A stretch of DNA of 64,000 nucleotides from Candidatus Obscuribacterales bacterium (GTDB taxonomy: Bacteria; Cyanobacteriota; Vampirovibrionia; Obscuribacterales; Obscuribacteraceae): NCBI GenBank assembly GCA_965228855.1, contig CBDDIJ010000003.1:128001-192000 (forward strand), in the 5' to 3' direction. Within the stretch, counting starts at the first letter, position 1. Every line of letters starts with the position of its first letter. The position numbers and the translations under genes were made by a program. Shown one piece after another: positions 61,048 through 64,000 of this stretch. The notes under the pieces were generated by a model. It was given only the letters and a program-made list of their open reading frames with translations, was not told the origin of the DNA and did not search any database.

Positions 61048-61890
61048 TTAGATCATTCCGAGTGGAACATCGCGCTTGGGTGCCGGGTAAAGCTCGTCGA
61101 TTTTTGCTATGTCCGCGCCCGACAGTTTCAGCTTCAGCGCGCCTGCATTTTCTTCAACGTGCTTCAACTTCGATGCTTTCGGAATTGTGAACGTTCCATC
61201 CAGTCGAGTGAGGAAAGCTAGAACCACCTGGCGAACTGTCGCGTCATGAGCTTGTGCGATTGTTTCCAATTCCTTATATTCGCTGCTCTTCGCACCAGGA
61301 ATGGTGCCATAGGGCGTGTAGCCTACCAGCGCAATTTCATGTTTCTGACAAAATGGAATCAGCTTTCGTTCAATTCCACGATTATCCAGGTTGTAGAGAA
61401 CCTGATTACAAGCCAATCTACCCGTGCTCAGGCAATCAATTGCTTCTTTCAAATCATCAACGTCAAAGTTGCTCACTCCAAACGATTTGATTTTTCCATC
61501 CTTTTGAAGTTTCTCCATCGCCGCCAGGGTATCGCAGAGCGGAAAACTGCCACGCCAGTGCAGCAGGTAGCAATCGAGATAGTCTAACTTCAGGCGTTTC
61601 AGCGATTTTTCCAGTGCTGATATGGTACCGGTGTAGGTGGCATTCGAAGGAAGAACTTTACTGACGATATACAGCTTAGAACGATCAATTCCGATTAGTG
61701 CTTCTTGAATTACTTCCTCGGCACGTCCGTACATTTCAGCAGTATCGATGTGCGTTAAACCTAGTTCTGCTCCTCTGCGCAATGAGTCTATAGCCTCTTT
61801 TCGCGCATTGCCGGACTCAGGAACTTGCCAGGTTCCCTGTCCAATGATTGATACAGACTCGTCTGTGTATCCGAATTTTCTAGTGCTCAT
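61048..61890 (-). CDS. Aldo/keto reductase
   Basis: IGQGTW, IDTAEMYG, SKV, DCYLLHW, GVSNF, NQVLYNL, IPKAS. Confidence 0.95.
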   Translation of the reverse strand: MSTRKFGYTDESVSIIGQGTWQVPESGNARKEAIDSLRRGAELGLTHIDTAEMYGRAEEVIQEALIGIDRSKLYIVSKVLPSNATYTGTISALEKSLKRLKLDYLDCYLLHWRGSFPLCDTLAAMEKLQKDGKIKSFGVSNFDVDDLKEAIDCLSTGRLACNQVLYNLDNRGIERKLIPFCQKHEIALVGYTPYGTIPGAKSSEYKELETIAQAHDATVRQVVLAFLTRLDGTFTIPKASKLKHVEENAGALKLKLSGADIAKIDELYPAPKRDVPLGMI

Positions 61891-61909
61891 GCGGCTGGAC
61901 CCAATACAT

Positions 61910-63040
61910 TTACAGGCTGATGTGATACTTGATTTCGTTTTCCAGCAAATCGATCTTCTCTTTGAGTTCAGACGATTTTGCGCCTTCGCTCTGATGCCAC
62001 TTCGCGATTAAGCTGCGAACGGTAGTTAGAAGTTCGCGGTCTCCACCGTGAATCAGCAAGCCACGCTTCTCGGTGAGAACGCGCTCTGCGATAGTAGCGA
62101 CGTGTTTCATAATCTCATCGACGTCACCGGAGATTGGAAGCAGAGCACTAGCAATGTGCGCAGCATCAGCCGATTCTAGCTTCTTCTCGTCGAGCATTTT
62201 GTACATTGTCGGGACTGCTTTCGAGGCATTCTTTCCGAGTCGCCCAAGAGCTTTCGCTGCTTCACCTTTTCCTGTGGAACCGCTCGATGAGTTATCCAAC
62301 TTGAGCGCCACCCAATCAGCTTGAACCGCTTCGATCAGAATGTCGACCAGATTTTCCGCATCCGGCGCATGTCTGCTCAGGTGAATTGCCGCCCACCAGC
62401 GATTCTTCGGCTCTTCACTTTTCAAAACCGGCTTCAAAACTTCGATGATTTCTTTCGGATTGCCGCTCGCCTCCGGATACCACTTAACCGCTTGCCGGCA
62501 ACCATCGGCAACAGCCTGCTTCAAAAGGTCATTCAACAGACTCGCGCGCGGAAGCAAATTGTTCAGGATGTTCATATTTGCCTGCTCCCACGAATTGCCT
62601 CGTGAGTAGTCGCGAGCGTCAATTGCCTTCGCAACCGCTACCGGCAAGCCTTTCTCCTCGACCGATGCAAGATACTCGTCCACGGTGGATTTCTGAAACT
62701 GACGCCACGGGTTGTTTATGACAGAGGTGAGATAGTCGTGATACTTCTGGTCAATCTTCTTGAAGAGCTCCGGAAATTCGTTTCTAAGCGCTGGATCGAG
62801 TTCCACCGCTGGTTTCTCCATGGTTGAAGTTGGGAATTCCGACGCAGGCGCTTGAAATTCCGAGGTTTGAGCCTCTGGCGCTTGACTCTTCACCCCCGCT
62901 TTCGGTTTTGCCTCCTTTGCAGCGGGCGCCGCTTTCGGGCTAGGCTTGGAGGAACTGGACTTCTTCGTCTCCTTCTTCGCAGGCTCTTTGGGGGCTGAGC
63001 TTGACTTCTTCTTGCTTGAATCAGCTTTCTTTCCAGGCAT
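61910..63040 (-). CDS. HEAT-repeat-like protein with Lys/Ala/Pro-rich N-terminus
   Basis: RWWAAIHLS, EAAKALGRLGKNASKAVP. Likely start MPGKK at 63040. Confidence 0.7.
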   Translation of the reverse strand: MPGKKADSSKKKSSSAPKEPAKKETKKSSSSKPSPKAAPAAKEAKPKAGVKSQAPEAQTSEFQAPASEFPTSTMEKPAVELDPALRNEFPELFKKIDQKYHDYLTSVINNPWRQFQKSTVDEYLASVEEKGLPVAVAKAIDARDYSRGNSWEQANMNILNNLLPRASLLNDLLKQAVADGCRQAVKWYPEASGNPKEIIEVLKPVLKSEEPKNRWWAAIHLSRHAPDAENLVDILIEAVQADWVALKLDNSSSGSTGKGEAAKALGRLGKNASKAVPTMYKMLDEKKLESADAAHIASALLPISGDVDEIMKHVATIAERVLTEKRGLLIHGGDRELLTTVRSLIAKWHQSEGAKSSELKEKIDLLENEIKYHISL

Positions 63041-63148
63041 CGGCGTAAAACCTTCATCTATTAATAGAGAAACCAAACCGATTCTAGCAAATTGCGCAGT
63101 TGGGCTCATGAACGAACCTTTGACATCGTTGTTTGTTATGCTGTTGGC

Positions 63149-64000
63149 ATGATGTCTAAGCCTGCGATTAAACCGACCGCGACAACGATTTTCAAAGCAT
63201 TTACGTTGTCGATAGCACTGACCTGCGCGCCCGCTTTGCTCCGCACCGCAGATGGTGCGGTGTCCTCCACGGCGACGGAGAGTAGAGCCATCGGCACATT
63301 GAAACTCGCTACAACTGTTCTGCCTCCTTCGAGTGACTCTACGGATGCTGTGTTAAACGCTGCAAATGCAGCATTCTTCAGCGGCAATTTCGAAGCAGCC
63401 AGCGAATATTGTTTACAGCTTTTGGGTGCGAAACATGGCAAAGGCGCGAAGTCCGCATCAGCAGACCCGTCCGAAGAGATGGTCGAGGTTAGCTCCGCTT
63501 CCGACGCCCGAATTTTTATAAATCTCGGTTCGTGTTTTCTCGGAATGAAACAATACGCACGTGCCGAAAAATGGTTCGAGCACGCCGAAAAGGTCCTCGA
63601 CAAGGCGAAGTCTACCGACGCGCTCGCTATCGCGGACTGCAAATTAGGCTTGGCGGAGTGCCATTATATGCAGGGGCGCGGGAAGCAGTCGCTCAAAGAT
63701 TATAGTAGTGCCGTCGAGTCTTACCAGAAGACTCTTGGGTTGATGCATCCAGACGTGGTTCCGGCTGTTGAGGGACTCGCCGGAAGTTATTACATTGAGG
63801 GTGATTTTAAATCTGCGCTTCCTTTGTACGAGCATGTTGCGCGCATAGATCTAGCTGAGAAGGGACCAACTGATTTGCGGACAGGTTTGTCTTTAAACAG
63901 TTTGGCCGAGATCTACTATCAGTTAAACGATTGCGAAAATTCCCGAAAGATGTTCGAGCAGGCGTTCTGGATTTTTAAGAAGCACAATGCGGATCGTTTG
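63149..64000 (+). CDS. Exported TPR protein (runs off the right edge; not in the ORF track)
   Basis: Frame open from ATG 63149 to the end of the window; signal-like N-terminus; TPR motifs FINLGSCFLGMKQYARAEKWFEHA and SLNSLAEIYYQLNDCENSRKMFEQA. Confidence 0.88.
   Translation, partial: MMSKPAIKPTATTIFKAFTLSIALTCAPALLRTADGAVSSTATESRAIGTLKLATTVLPPSSDSTDAVLNAANAAFFSGNFEAASEYCLQLLGAKHGKGAKSASADPSEEMVEVSSASDARIFINLGSCFLGMKQYARAEKWFEHAEKVLDKAKSTDALAIADCKLGLAECHYMQGRGKQSLKDYSSAVESYQKTLGLMHPDVVPAVEGLAGSYYIEGDFKSALPLYEHVARIDLAEKGPTDLRTGLSLNSLAEIYYQLNDCENSRKMFEQAFWIFKKHNADRL

Overview
A gene-dense, roughly 50% GC bacterial chromosomal segment with about 46 CDSs. I see no rRNA, tRNA, CRISPR array, integrase or transposase. 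The gene mix suggests a non-photosynthetic cyanobacterial relative such as Ca. Melainabacteria/Obscuribacterales; this is inference only. It rests on the Cys-knuckle Hanks kinases with TM and TPR or TonB-C-like tails, many TPR and LRR proteins, three OmpR-family regulators, three histidine kinases and a stand-alone TadE/TadG-vWA/TadE triad. Housekeeping blocks include tal-pgi fusion + glk, archease-rtcB-treS, two CPA1 antiporters, APC and POT transporters, GDPD, a desaturase and an AKR-WYL operon. The most unusual signals are non-coding and cluster at 50.5-56.4 kb. (1) Two perfectly phased 11-bp GTGAA/TTCAC arrays each sit exactly 10 bp from an identical TATAGT -10 box; one drives the Tad-like triad and the other an ORF-less, terminator-ended ~200-nt candidate sRNA. 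(2) A small TPR gene lies between a structured leader and a 3' run of nine consecutive hairpins, the first three with CACCA loops. (3) A C-lobe-only pseudokinase is divergent from an RHH regulator that has an apparent operator. Other points of note are a gene whose 3' UTR is complementary to its own 5' UTR and SD, a polyQ-tailed response regulator, and an unannotated 27-aa membrane peptide.
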